Shown here piece after piece: positions 13,891-28,927 of a DNA stretch of 64,000 nt (position 1 is the stretch's first letter; every line of letters begins with the position of its first letter). Source of the DNA: Octopus vulgaris. Taxonomy: Eukaryota. The notes beneath the pieces are model-generated. The model searched no databases, was not told the origin of the DNA, and worked only from the letters and a program-made list of their open reading frames with translations. Location: the NCBI GenBank assembly GCA_951406725.2, contig OX597828.1, forward strand, positions 17,980,001 through 18,044,000, written 5' to 3'. The translations under genes and the position numbers were made by a program.

Positions 13891-15056
13891 CATTATGTGT
13901 ATGTGTCTGTGTGTGCGTGTGTGTGTATGCGCGTGTGTGATTTTAATAGAATGAACTGAGAACAAATCAAAGCACGCATGCGTACAAAGCGTTCCTGTCT
14001 TTATGTCATCGTTTTATGTTCACGTCGCTTTTGTGATTTTGTAATATAGTATTTAGTTGATTCTGTTTATCAAATATACGATATTTTAATTATCTTCAGA
14101 ATCGCATTAGAAATGTTACCTTTGTGAAATTCGCTTGACTGAAGTAATATCACTCACCGTTTGCAATGGAGGAGGAGAAGATATTGAGAGAGACAGGCCT
14201 ACAGTTGGTAAGCCTTACAAAACCGATAAAGATTAAATTACTTTAAGCATTTGTAGGTCAGATAAAAATAAATTATTTATGATACGAATAAACTTAATAT
14301 GAAACGTGTATCAATTTTCGTAACAAAACCCAGCTGTTCACATTGATTATTTTTAAATATATCATTGGGGACGGTTTAGCTGAAGAAATAATGTATATTA
14401 TTGATGTGATACAATGATAATAAAGAGGACAGTTATTGTAATTCGAAACCGTAGAATGAGAAAAGTAATAATAGTAAAACAATGTAATCAAAGTGAGATG
14501 TTGAATTGAATTATGTTATATTAACTAAACCGTATATATTCTATTTAATTAAATAATTATGTATCCATCCGATTTCGTTTGCAAAAAAATACAATGCAAC
14601 AATGCAATAAAGAAGAAAGGTGTGTGGGGTGGAAAGAAAAGATAAACAGTTTTGTGTTAGCACTGCGAGAATCCAGTGAATATGAAAGTTTCAAAGAGAA
14701 ATTTATATATCATAGCAGCGACGACGACTGTGATGATGATGATGATGATGATGATGACGATGATGATGAGTATATACCTCCGACTATAAGAACAACATTA
14801 ATTATTAATACTACTACTACTACTACTACAAGTACAACTACTACCAGTACAACTACTACTATTTCAGCTATTACTACTACCACTACCACTACTACTATTT
14901 CAACTACTACTAATTCTACTACCACTACTACCAGAACAACAACAACTACTACTACTACTACCAGTACAACTACTACTACTAAAACTATAACTACTACTAC
15001 TACTACTGATAATTAATTATCTTTCCTACTAAAGGCACAATGCCTGACACTACTCT

Positions 15057-15268
15057 ATTACTCTTTTCTTCTTTTACTTGTTCCAGTCATTTGGCTGCAG
15101 CCATGCTGGAGCACCGCCTTTAGTCGAGCAAATCGACCCCAGGACTTATTCTTTGTAAGCCTAGTACTTATTCTATAGGTCTCTTTTGCCGAAGCCACTA
15201 AGTTACGGAGACGTAAACACATCAGCATCGGTTGTCAAGTGATGTTGGGGGCGACAAACAGACATATA

Positions 15269-15341
<73 letters not shown>

Positions 15342-15501
15342 GACGGGCTTCTTTCAGTTTCCGTCTACAAAATCCACACACAAGGCTTTGGTCGACCCAA
15401 GGCTATAGTAGAAAACATTTGCCCAAGGTGCCACGTAGTGGGACTGAACCCGGAACCATGTGGCTGGTAAACAAGCTACTTACCACACAGCCACTCCTAC
15501 C
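15057..15501 (-). mobile_element. SINE family A (duplication copy 1)
   Basis: Full family match. Confidence 0.9.
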
Positions 15502-15580
15502 TACTGATAACAACTAGCAATAATTATAATTTCGAAATTCGGAACCAAGGCCAGCAATTTTAGTTTGAGGGGCTTGTGAT

Positions 15581-15996
15581 AAGATAAACGACTTTCTTTG
15601 GTTTCAAAACGGAAGCTGTTCTTCCACCAGGATAATGCTTGGCCTCATGCGAGCTATGACATTCCAAAAGCTGGATCAATTTGAATGGGAAACGATGCCC
15701 CATCCACCATATTCGCCAGACATTGCCCCATCAGATTATCATTTATTCTTCAGTTTTTAAAATTATATGGAAGGGAAAAAATGAATTTTGTAGACGTGGG
15801 CAGAACAGTACTGGAGAACTATTTTCCTTCACAGACAAGTGAATTTTGGAAGAAGCGCCTTGCAAGTCTACCAGATAGATGGAAGAAACATTGTAGAAAA
15901 TGAAGGAGAGTATATTTTAGATTAAAAAAGAAATTTATCTTGATTCTGAAAAATAAAAGTATTAAAAAACCCGCATTAATATGGGATAATCCAATA
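15581..15996 (+). pseudogene. Mariner remnant, duplicated copy
   Basis: Near-identical to 13473-13890, with an extra indel near HQDNAWPH. Confidence 0.9.
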
Positions 15997-16838
15997 CATT
16001 ATGTGCATGTGTCTGTGTGTGCGTGTGTGTGTGTGTGCGCGTGTGTGATTTTAATAGAATGAACTGAGAACAAATCAAAGCACGCATGCGTACAAAGCGT
16101 TCCTGTCTTTATGTCATCGTTTTATGTTCACGTCGCTTTTGTGATTTTGTAATATAGTATTTAGTTGATTCTGTTTATCAAATATACGATATTTTAATTA
16201 TCTTCAGAATCGCATTAGAAATGTTACCTTTGTGAAATTCGCTTGACTGAAGTAATATCACTCACCGTTTGCAATGGAGGAGGAGAAGATATTGAGAGAG
16301 ACAGGCCTACAGTTGGTAAGCCTTACAAAACCGATAAAGATTAAATTACTTTAAGCATTTGTAGGTCAGATAAAAATAAATTATTTATGATACGAATAAA
16401 CTTAATATGAAACGTGTATCAATTTTCGTAACAAAACCCAGCTGTTCACATTGATTATTTTTAAATATATCATTGGGGACGGTTTAGCTGAAGAAATAAT
16501 GTATATTATTGATGTGATACAATGATAATAAAGAGGACAGTTATTGTAATTCGAAACCGTAGAATGAGAAAAGTAATAATAGTAAAACAATGTAATCAAA
16601 GTGAGATGTTGAATTGAATTATGTTATATTAACTAAACCGTATATATTCTATTTAATTAAATAATTATGTATCCATCCGATTTCGTTTGCAAAAAAATAC
16701 AATGCAACAATGCAATAAAGAAGAAAGGTGTGTGGGGTGGAAAGAAAAGATAAACAGTTTTGTGTTAGCACTGCGAGAATCCAGTGAATATGAAAGTTTC
16801 AAAGAGAAATTTATATATCATAGCAGCTACGACGACTG

Positions 16839-16871
<33 letters not shown>

Positions 16872-17170
16872 CGATGATGATGAGTATATACCTACGACTA
16901 TAACAACAACATTAATTATTAATACTACTAATACTACTACTACAAGTACAACTACTACCAGTACAACTACTACTATTTCAGCTATTACTACTACCACTAC
17001 CACTACTACTATTTCAACTACTACTAATTCTACTACCACTACTACCAGAACAACAACAACTACTACTACTACTACCAGTACAACTACTACTACTAAAACT
17101 ATAACTACTACTACTACTACTGATAATTAATTATCTTTCCTACTAAAGGCACAATGCCTGACACTACTCT

Positions 17171-17575
17171 ATTACTCTTTTCTTCTTTTACTTGTTCCAG
17201 TCATTTGGCTGCAGCCATGCTGGAGCACCGCCTTTAGTCGAGCAAATCGACCCCAGGACTTATTCTTTGTAAGCCTAGTACTTATTCTATAGGTCTCTTT
17301 TGCCGAAGCCACTAAGTTACGGAGACGTAAACACATCAGCATCGGTTGTCAAGTGATGTTGGGGGCGACAAACAGACATACAAACACACACACACACACA
17401 GATATATATATATACGACGGGCTTCTTTCAGTTTCCGTCTACAAAATCCACACACAAGGCTTTGGTCGACCCAAGGCTATAGTAGAAAACATTTGCCCAA
17501 GGTGCCACGTAGTGGGACTGAACCCGGAACCATGTGGCTGGTAAACAAGCTACTTACCACACAGCCACTCCTACC
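17171..17575 (-). mobile_element. SINE family A (duplication copy 2)
   Basis: Full family match with a shorter internal microsatellite. Confidence 0.9.
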
Positions 17576-19344
17576 TACTGATAACCCCTAGCAATAATTA
17601 TAATTTCGAAATTCGGAACCAAGGCCAGCAATTTTAGCGTGATAAGGTGTGTTCGGTTGCCACGACCGCAGTACTTGACCGGGAACTATATTTTATTGAT
17701 CATCAAGAGGAAGAAAGCAAGGTCGATTGCAACACGTCTTGAACTTAGACGTTGACGTAACGAAATACCACAAGACGTTTTTTTTGACGCTCAAACGAGT
17801 CAATCAATCCTCCTTCCTCTCCAGCCTAGCATTTAAGCTCTCTAGGATCACATTATAAATTCCTAGGAAATTTCTCTTCTTCACTCTTTCTTTCTTTTTT
17901 TCTTTCTCTCTCTTTCACTTATATCTATCTATATATTATCTAACTATCTAATCTGTCTATCAATCTCTCTCTCTCTCTTTCTTTCTTTCTCTCTCTCTCT
18001 CTTTCTCTCTCTATGTTCTATGAAGACTCAATGCTATATTTATATCTCCCTGGCTACTTGCCACTAAATACTACTTGTAAACCGTAGTAGATTCACCTGA
18101 CTATAACGCATACCTATATAAATATTTCATATATGTTTGTACAAATACATGCACACGTATGTATGTTTGTATGTATGTATATATATGTATGTATGTATGC
18201 ATGTATGTATGTATGTATGTATGTATATATGTATGTATGTATGTACGTACGTGTGTATGTATGAATGTATGTATGTATGTATGTATGTATGTATTATGTA
18301 TGTATGTATATATGTATGTATGTATTATGTATTATGTATTATGTATGTATGCATGTATGTTATGTATGTATGTATTTGTTCTCTTCCGTTTTTAATTATT
18401 TAATGTTTTCCTCTGAGAAAAGAGATAGTCGTTTTCTAACAAAGATACAAAGCTCTATCTTTGGAATGTGGATAAAAAGAATGTCACATTTTAAACTTGA
18501 GAAAAGTTTTGAAAAAATATTTGCTGTTCCATTTAAAACTGTATTTCTAACGTGCGAGTTAATTGTTCGATTTCTTTTTCTGAAAATCCAAGCTTATCCA
18601 GACAGTCAGCATTTACATACGCATTTACATACAAAAGCAAGTGCCCGAATTACTGGAACAAATTTGTAATCTGGGCATAAAAGCTGGATGTTTCAAGGCA
18701 ATTGTCCATAGTTATCCCCTTTCACAGATTTTTAAAGAGACATTCACATCAGCAGGAAAGCTAACATATCTATGACGGTAGTATGTATGTATGTATGCAT
18801 GTATGTATGTACGTACGTACGTATACATATAAGACCTTGTCTTTTGCATGTCGGATCCACTGCGAAAGGATTATAGCCTGTCAAACTAAAATGTACTGTG
18901 TTTAGCGGTTTAAAAGACGTACTTCAAAGTTTGACAGGCCCTTCATTGAAGACTATTATATTAAAAAAATCCTCTCCCAATGTTCATGAACTCTCACATA
19001 CACATACACACTCACATACAGGCGCCATTAGGGTGTTTTTAAAGACTGATATTTTCAGATCGTTCCGAAATTCTACTGCTTATAAAAATACACGAACATG
19101 TGTTCTAATTGTATTCTAAATTGGATCCCACTTTGGAAGGACCTGAACATGTTTGCCATTATTGCTTTGGAATAGCCATATCAAGTCAGCAGTTTTCTTC
19201 TCTTACTCTCATTTGCCACACATTTCATACGCTGATTAACCTAATTGTAAATTTAGTCGCGAAACATTTTAAATATCAGTTAAGAACAAGTACAACTGTT
19301 AAATATAAAATTACTGAAATTTTGTATAAAAACCACCATATAAA

Positions 19345-19574
19345 ATTAATCACTAACCACCCCACTTATTCTCCTGATTTAGCCCCATCTGATTATCATC
19401 TTGGTCCCCTTGACCAACAGGATGAAAGTGGCTTCACTAATGGGATCCAAACACTGCAGCATAATGAAATAAGTGTCTGAACCCCATGAGAGACTATGTG
19501 GAAAATAAACCCCATTTGGTTACATTCCATGAGAGCATTTGCACAGCCTGTCAAATTTTCATATGGCCCTCGTA
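19345..19574 (+). pseudogene. Independent mariner remnant, probably irritans-like subfamily
   Basis: HPTYSPDLAPSDYHL, then a deletion, then NGIQTLQH and DYVE. It terminates in ggccctcg-TA, the reverse complement of a TACGAGGG-type TIR. Confidence 0.8.
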
Positions 19575-19624
19575 AATATCTTACTGAGTGCTTCTTATTT
19601 ACATAAATATAAGTATTATATCAA

Positions 19625-20075
19625 CCCTTTCTGCTACAGGCTTAAGGCCTGATATTTTGAGTGAGGGAACTACCCTACTACATCGACCCCAGTGCTCAAA
19701 TGAAATTTATTTTCTCGTGCCTGAAATGATGGAAGCAAAATGGACCTCGGTACGGTTGTACCTGATTGCAGAACGATAGGACGATCAAAATGCTGCAAAA
19801 TCGTTTTTTTTCCCGACATGCTAACGAATTTTACATCAAGCTGCTTGTTGTATAAATATATATCGGTTTCTAATTTTTGCACAAGCCCAGCAATTCTGGG
19901 AAAGGGGATAATCTTTGTTACAATTACTCCATTGCTTAACTGGCACTTAATTTTATCAATTCCGCAAATATGAAAGCAAAGTTGACCTCCACAATATTTG
20001 AACTCAGAACGATAGGACAATCGAAATGCCGCATGGCATTTTGTCCGGCATGCTAACGAATCTGCCAGCTCGCTG
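19625..20075 (-). mobile_element. Two tandem degenerate family B SINEs
   Basis: The catcgaccccagt, aagcaaa.ttgacctc and catgctaacgaat motifs occur, the last two twice in order. Confidence 0.7.
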
Positions 20076-20339
20076 CGTTTATAAATATATGTTAATGACA
20101 AAACCAAAAACAGAAAAGAACACTCTCATTGTGTCGACTGTGTTCGTTTCTATCCTTTATCATTAGCAAGGTGATACGTCTCTATATTTATTTCATGAAA
20201 GACACAAATTGGAATAAAAGAAAATGGTAAATGGCTTTGAGGCATAAAAATGACTATTAGTCATTCTCAAAATTTTTATATTATATTATAATAATTATTA
20301 TTTTTTTTTTTTCTTCACTGTTCTCTTTCTGAAAATCAT

Positions 20340-20543
20340 CAATGCTACAACTACAACTGCTACTACTACGAGTACAAGTACCAGCATCGCCATCACCTCC
20401 ACCACCACCAACAACAACAACAACACTGCTATTACCATCACCACCATCACCACCACCACTACTACTACAACTACTACTACCACCACCATCAACATCACCG
20501 CTCCACCACCACCACTACCACCACCACCACTACTACCACCACC

Positions 20544-20592
<49 letters not shown>

Positions 20593-20605
20593 GTACTACT
20601 ACCGC
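20340..20605. repeat. (ACT/ACC/CAC)n trinucleotide low-complexity tract
   Basis: Directly visible. Confidence 0.9.
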
Positions 20606-21159
20606 ATTATTTACATGCTCGCAAACTTAATATTGCACTTCATGAACGACCATTTGTGATTAATCGTAACTTATTAGCAATTACGAGTTCATTTTCCTCT
20701 CGGTGATTCTATTATGTTAAATTAATAGTAATCTGATCATTTTAAACTTGAATGCCTGTTTTACTAACAATAGAACATTGGAGTGATCAATTATAACAAA
20801 ATAAAGTATTGTCTTGTAAGTTAAAGCATTACCAATTTATCTTCACTTCCATTTATCGCCCGTTTAAAAATAAAGAAACGAAGAACGAAGATTTGTTCAC
20901 CGTAACCAACCTCAAGTTCCTTTATAGACATGGAAATGGTATTACGTAATTTTCTTCCTGCATTCCTGCTTTGTATATAAAATGCACCTGTGATAATTTT
21001 GATGCTACAAAATATTCCGTAATAACTTCTGGAAACAGATGGGTTTTGTTTTTCTGTTGTTGCTCCGATTTTAAAGAAAGTTATATGATTTTCGTTTATT
21101 TTTTAGGGGTAAGACAGTACTTTTTATTTATAAGATGCAAAGATAATTTTTAGGAAATA

Positions 21160-21716
21160 TATTCTTTTCTATTCTAGGCACAAGGGCCGAAATTTTAAGG
21201 AACGGATCCAGTTGATTAGATCGACCCCAGTACGCAACTGGGATGAAAGGCAAAGTCGACCTCGGCAGAATTTGAATTCAACGTAAAGACAGACGAAATA
21301 CTACTAAGCATTTTGCTCGGCGTGCTAACGTTTCTTATTTCTTTAATACCCACAGGGGGATAAACATAGAGGGGGCAAACTAGGACAGACAAAGGGATTA
21401 AGTCGATTACATCGACCTCGAAAGGATGAAAGATAAAGTCGACCTCGGCGGAATTTGCACTCAGAACGTAACGGCAGACGAAATATCTATTTCTTTACTA
21501 CCCACAAGGTGCTAAACACAGAGGGGACAAACAAGGACAGACAAACGGATTAAGTCAATTACATCGACCCAGTACGTAACTGGTCCTTAATTTATCGACC
21601 CTGAAAGGATGAAAGGCAAAGTGGACCTCGGCAGAATTTGAACTCAAGGTAAAGACAGAAGAAATACTGCTAAGCATTTCGCTCGGCATGCTAACGTTTC
21701 TGCCAGTTAGCGGCCT
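21160..21716 (-). mobile_element. Stack of three family B SINEs with two tail types
   Basis: Three consecutive gacctcggc(a/g)gaatttg cores. Confidence 0.85.
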
Positions 21717-22627
21717 TTTTTTTTAGCAATTATATTCTACAACAAATATAAGCCTATTAGCGCATGCTTGTGTGTGTGTGTATGTGTGTATACACACATA
21801 CACACACGCATATATACATGTATATATTCTATATTTTAAAATCTTTTTACCTGTTTCTGTCATTAGACCGCGGCCATGCCGCATCATCACCTTAAGGAAT
21901 TTTACTTGACCCCAGTAGATCGAAGGTGTCACGCAATGGGACTCAAACTGAGACCATGTGGTTATTATCCACGCATGCACTTGTTTATATATGTGTGCGT
22001 GTGGTGTGTGTGTGTGTATACATGTATACACAATGCGAAAATACATACACACTTACGAACACACACACGTATATACGTATACACACACATGCATAACGCG
22101 AAAGAAAGGTAAGATGCCGTTTAAATATAATGAATCTATGAGACAGTCTTTATTCTTTTGTGAAATCGTTACACGCCGATTACTTTGAGCGTACGAAAGC
22201 AGAAAGTGTTACCTGTCATGCTATTTTTTCCTGAGTCCTCCTGCACTTGTTTCAGCTACTGGGCTGCAGCTATGCAAGAACAATACCTTTAAAAAAGTTT
22301 AATCAACGCAATCGACCCCAGCATTGTTTTGAAATAATTTTAGTAGACTCTCTCTATCACTGAAAGAGAAGCGAACCTTTTTTAATCGAAAGATAGCTCC
22401 AAATTGCAAAAAGTAATTAAAACAATATTTAGACAAGAAAACGAACGCTTTGCGCAAATTCAGATTTCAGGAGATCTGTATGTATCTAATGTTATATAAA
22501 CATCCTGTGACCAATCATACAAACTTAAGAAGGCAAAAATAGCTCCAATTATGAGCAAGTCTGTCAAGACAAGATCCTTTGTTACCGACATGTATAGGAG
22601 TATTGATGAAAATTAGAGCTGTATGTG

Positions 22628-22678
<51 letters not shown>

Positions 22679-22757
22679 GCTGAGTTGAAAACGAAAGGGT
22701 ACTCAACAAATTTATTGGAAGTTACTTGTATAGATCAAAACATATTCAAATTCAAAA

Positions 22758-22798
22758 TGGCTGAAGATTAGCATCACGCTTGAAACTCAAGAGTGCCA
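22758..22798 (+). ncRNA. Hammerhead ribozyme motif, probably inactive (GUG triplet)
   Basis: UGG-CUGAAGA-UU-AGC-AUCAC-GCU-U-GAAA-CUC-AA-GAG-UG-CCA. Confidence 0.6.
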
Positions 22799-23002
22799 AC
22801 GAATTTGAATGAAACTGTTCTGATACACATATGCACACACAGACCCCCCCCATATATATATATACTTATATACATAGATGCGCACACATACATGTATATG
22901 TATAAATGAATATATATATATTATATATATGTGTATATACATATCATAGATATATACAACACATGTATATGTGTATGTATATACATATATATATATATAT
23001 TA

Positions 23003-23035
<33 letters not shown>

Positions 23036-23129
23036 ACGCTTTAGGAAAATAAAGAAAAGACGAAGGCAGGTTTGGAGTATAAACAAAAAATTGTATTAGT
23101 ATGGCACTCAGGAATAGAAATAAAACAAG

Positions 23130-23167
23130 TCTTTTACGTTTCGAGCCTACGCTCTTCAACAGAAAGA
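23130..23167 (-). ncRNA. Minimal hammerhead-like motif (A6U variant) in a ~195-bp (TA)n-flanked insert (about 23035-23231)
   Basis: Minus strand reads UCUUU-CUGUUGA-A-GAGC-GUAG-GCUC-GAAA-CG-UA-AAAGA. Confidence 0.6.
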
Positions 23168-23229
23168 TACACAGAAAAGGAAGACGGAGAGAAACAAGGA
23201 GAGAAAAATAATGCGTGCAGGAGCTAGCG

Positions 23230-23300
<71 letters not shown>

Positions 23301-23423
23301 GAATGTGTAAACATATACACATTTATATATGCGTGGAAATGTATGTGGGATGTGTGTGTATGTGTATGCATATATATATGTTTAAATATGTTTTCACGTT
23401 TCTATATATACAGATAAAGATAA

Positions 23424-23468
<45 letters not shown>

Positions 23469-23788
23469 AAGAGATGAATACGCATATACATACATATATA
23501 TATATATATATACCTACAGATCTTGAAATACCGATAACTATAAGTGCAAGTGTACATATGCGTACAACAATGTAAGATACGAGATAATGCGAGAAGATAA
23601 TGGCGTTTTCAATGAAGTACATGATGCCTGAAAGTAATTTTGATATTAATTCAGATATACTCGTTTTTACCTCCGATTATACACGAACACGCACATATAT
23701 ATACATACACACGTTCGCACACAAACACAAGAACACAGTCGTACATGCACACACATGCACACAAGCACTTATATATATAAATCTATAC

Positions 23789-23836
<48 letters not shown>

Positions 23837-23941
23837 GTTTGTGTGTGCGTATGTATGTATATATATATATATATATATACATACATACATACATACATAC
23901 ACATACATACATACATGCATACATATACATACATACATACA

Positions 23942-23973
<32 letters not shown>

Positions 23974-24034
23974 CATATGTATACATGCCCGTGAACCTAT
24001 TTATTTAAATATGTTCATGTTTGTATAGATATAC

Positions 24035-24135
<101 letters not shown>

Positions 24136-24623
24136 TACATACACACACATACACACACATATATTTGTGTGTAGAGAGAAACAGCCGCATGCACAGTTAT
24201 TTTCCCACGTTCGATAGGCTACGTTACATACATACACGTGTACGAACTCAGTACCTCATTTATATAAGGATTATCTACAGGCAGTCATACATACAGACAT
24301 ACATACATACAGACATACATACATACAGACATACATACATACATACATACTTACATGTGTGCGTGTGTTTTAACGTGTGTGTATGTGTATATATGTGTGT
24401 GTGTGTGTGTTTGTGTATGTCTGGGCATGTGTGTGTATTTGGGTAGGTGTTGGTATGTGTACATAGATCAAAAATCTGACTCCTGTTGCATTGCACCCGC
24501 TTAAAAAAATATATGTTTGAATTCATGTATATATATATATTTATACATACATACATACATATATATATATATGTATGCATGTACATATATATATGTGTAT
24601 GTATGTATGTGTATATATATATG

Positions 24624-24689
<66 letters not shown>

Positions 24690-24753
24690 TCTGAGTGGTT
24701 GTAAATATTTATATATGTGTGTGTATCTATGCATTTATAAAAAGGCAAACACA

Positions 24754-24817
<64 letters not shown>

Positions 24818-25331
24818 TATACATTTCACGTCGATATTAAGTAGGCATCCGTTTATAAATGACACGTTCACGTGACATTTGAAGGTCGATAAAATGTAGA
24901 ATTGAAAATCTATTTGCCAGATAGAAGCATCGACATGTAGCAGCACAAAGAATTATATTGAACACTTTAATATATATATATATATGGATATATATAAATA
25001 TCGTGTATATGTATGTATAAGGATTTATATAGAATATATAAAAAAAATATTTGTAATTCTATGGTTGCTTTTTTGCTGTTGTTTGTGGGTGTATGTGCGT
25101 TTAAATGTGTTTGTTGTTGCACTTGCGATGGTATGCGTGTATGTGTATATATCCATGTGTATATATGCGTGTGTTTTATACAGCTGTGAATATATATATA
25201 TATATGTGTGTATGTGTGTGTATGTGTGTGTGTGCGTGTGAGTGTGTGTCTGTGTGTGTGTTTATTTGTATGTAATATACGCACATATTTACAAACACTT
25301 ATGTATTTGTTACTGAGAAAATGTATGTATT

Positions 25332-25365
<34 letters not shown>

Positions 25366-25693
25366 AATACGTATATAGATAAACATACATATACAAACAC
25401 ACGCACATATATATGCATACATATATATATATACACACACACATACATATATATAAACACACATGCGTGTCTGTCTGTATGAATATATATATATGTGTGT
25501 GTGAGTGTGTACATATATATATAAGTACATATAAAATTATACGTATATATACATATATGTATGCATACGTATTTGTGTGTACGCATGATATATGTGTATA
25601 TATATATATATATATATGTATATAGACAGATAAATAGATACTGCGTGTATATATATCTATCTATACATATATATATATTTTATATATATATAA

Positions 25694-25728
<35 letters not shown>

Positions 25729-25798
25729 TATATTTTTTTATATATATATAATATATATAAATATATATATAATATATATATAACATATATATATAAAT

Positions 25799-25869
<71 letters not shown>

Positions 25870-26554
25870 TATATATCATTAGAATTTGTGATGGTTTACC
25901 TCGATATACCAGTGTGTACATTTACGCACTTATGAGTATATATGCATTGAAATTCTGTAAGTACACACGCACATTCCCGTGAATACGGACAGGCATTTAG
26001 ACCGTACATGCATACATATATACATACATACATACATACATAAACTGATCGATATATATACATAGATGGAGATAGATAGATACTGACAGGGAGAGAGAGA
26101 CAGAGAGACAGACCTAGAAACAGAGGGAGGCATTGATACATACTTAGGTACTTACATGCATATATGCCGTTTATACAGACTTACATACACATGTATACAT
26201 GTAGAAACGGAGAAAAATATTCGAAAGGTCGGAAAATAGATGCAATCTGCACAGTGCCTCGAGTTTTTTTCAACGCCACGTTCTTAGCGAGTTGATGTTT
26301 GTTTATAGATAAATAATTTATATTTCTGTATACACACATTGTAAATAACGATGGTTTTTACATGCATAAAATGAGCGAGAACTAATTGGATAAAGGAATT
26401 AATTCAAGTGTAAAATTTAATATTTATAATAACTTTATTGGAAGTGACCTCTCTGTTTATATATTTAGTTTATTGGATTATGTGCAGACTTGGCGAAACT
26501 TTGAAATCACAGTCAATAAAATTATGATTATCATTATATGTGCGTGTGCGAGTG

Positions 26555-26641
<87 letters not shown>

Positions 26642-26850
26642 GTATGTATATGTATGTATACATATATATATATATATACATATATACATACACATATACT
26701 ATATATATGTATATAAGTATATATATATACATATATATGTATAATACATATATGTATATATTATATATATATATAATATATGTATATATATATATCATAT
26801 ATAGTATATTTGTGTATGTATATATGTGTATATATATATATGTATGTGTA

Positions 26851-26909
<59 letters not shown>

Positions 26910-26923
26910 CTATTTTATGTATG

Positions 26924-26957
<34 letters not shown>

Positions 26958-27219
26958 GAGAGAGAGAGAGACAGAGAGAGAGTGAGGGAGAGAGAGAGTT
27001 ACATACAGACAGGCATACGTATATGGGTATTTCTACTTTATTTATACGCATATGCATCTGTATGCTGTTTACATAAGTTTTGTTATCACGTACATCAGTG
27101 GCAGAATTAAGGATGAGGGGCAACGATCAATTCGATTTAGGTTCGAGTATATAACCAAAATCAATAACATCATCTACCCTAATAGACTTGATATATGTAT
27201 GTATTTATATAAATACATG

Positions 27220-27313
<94 letters not shown>

Positions 27314-27319
27314 CGTATA

Positions 27320-27382
<63 letters not shown>

Positions 27383-27421
27383 GAATATATGTATATATTT
27401 ATATATACGTGTGTGAGTGGT

Positions 27422-27468
<47 letters not shown>

Positions 27469-27793
27469 TATGTGCGTACGTGTATGTGTGTGCGTACGTG
27501 TATGTGTGTGCGTACGCGCATGATGGGGGCGTGTATGCGTATCATGCTTTGCTAAATGATTCCTGTATTTTTATTCTTTACTCAATTTATCACCAGCATG
27601 TTGTTCAATGTTCAATTATGGCAAACGAACGAAAGCAGACACGATTTCAAATTCATTAAGTACGAAAAGAAGCAAAAAGTGTATTCTCTGTATATTCCAT
27701 AATAAACTCCATTTTACACGCACGATCGCATACACACGTATACACACACGCACACACACACACACACACCACGTATATATATATATATATATG

Positions 27794-28210
27794 TTTCTTT
27801 ACTACCCACAAGGGGCTAAACACAGAGGGGACAAACAAGGACAGACAAAGGGATTAAGTCGATTACATCGACCCCAGTGCGTAATTGGTACTTTATTTAT
27901 CAACCCCGAAAGGATGAAAGGCAAAGTCGACCTCGGCGAAATTTGAACTCAGAACGTAGCGAAGGACGAAATACCACAAAGCATTTCGCCCGTTCAGTCA
28001 CTACAATAAGGGTTCCGTTTGATTGAAGCGCTCCACAGACACGCGTTCCCTTAACGTGGTTGTCACCGGGTTTCACTGTGATACAGAATGTGACGAGGCT
28101 GACCCTTTTTGCCAGGTGTGTGGATAGGAGCAAGGTGAGATAAACTAATTTGCTCATGGACTCAAGGCGACGCCGGGATCGAACGCATGAGCTAACGATC
28201 GCCAGTACTA
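27794..28210 (-). mobile_element. Family B SINE (27794-27992) abutting a family D-like fragment
   Basis: Family B tail and core match. The adjacent part resembles the family D body at 34670-34790. Confidence 0.75.
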
Positions 28211-28264
28211 ACACTCACGTACACAAACCTATATATACACATATGTATATATATAATTTTTGTT

Positions 28265-28463
28265 ATTCTTTACCTTGTTTAAGTCATTTGACAGCGACCA
28301 TATTGGAGCACCGTTTTTAGTCGAGCAAATGGACCCCAGCACTTATTCTTTGTAAGCCTAGTACTTTTGACGAACGGCTAAGTTACAGGGACGTAAACAC
28401 ACCAACATTGGTTGTCAAGCGATGGTGGGGGACAAAGACAAGCACAAATACACACACACATAA

Positions 28464-28522
<59 letters not shown>

Positions 28523-28927
28523 TACAACGGGTTTCTTTCAGTTTCCTTCTACCAAACCTACTCACAAGGCTCTGGTCGGAGCGAGATTATATTAGAAAAG
28601 ACAAAGGCGGCGAGCTGGCAGAAACGTTAACACGCCGGGCGAAATTCGTAGCCGTATTTCGTCTGTCATTGCGTTCCGAGTTCAAATTCCGCCGAGGTCG
28701 ACTTTGCCTTTCATCCTTTCGGGGTCGATAAATTAAGTACCAGTTACGCACTGGGGTCGATGTAATCGACTTAATCCCTTTGTCTGTCCTTGTTTGTCCC
28801 CTCTGTGTTTACCCCCTTGTGGGTAGTAAAGAAATATATATTAGAAAACACTTGCCCATGGTGCCACGCAGTGGGACTGAACCCATGTGGCTGGGAAGCA
28901 AACTTCTTACTGCTCAGCCACGCCTGC
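28265..28927 (-). mobile_element. SINE family A interrupted by a family B insertion
   Basis: Family A sequence resumes exactly after the insert. Confidence 0.9.
28604..28836 (+). mobile_element. SINE family B, full length, with 15-bp TSD
   Basis: TSD tatattagaaaa(g/c)ac at 28588-28602 and 28837-28851. Confidence 0.92.

Larger units (their letters stand above)
13473..17637. repeat. Tandem duplication of a 2.1-kb unit (copy 1 13473-15563, copy 2 15581-17637)
   Basis: The copies are near-identical across the mariner remnant, unique spacer, (GAT)n/(ACT)n tracts and SINE A. They differ by a few substitutions and in microsatellite lengths. Confidence 0.97.

Noticed and set aside
14579-17130. Duplicated Asp/Thr-rich mucin-like ORFs (14579-15016, 16687-17130)
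   Set aside because: They are built from (GAT)n and (ACT)n tracts with TTG starts and have no splice or domain support.
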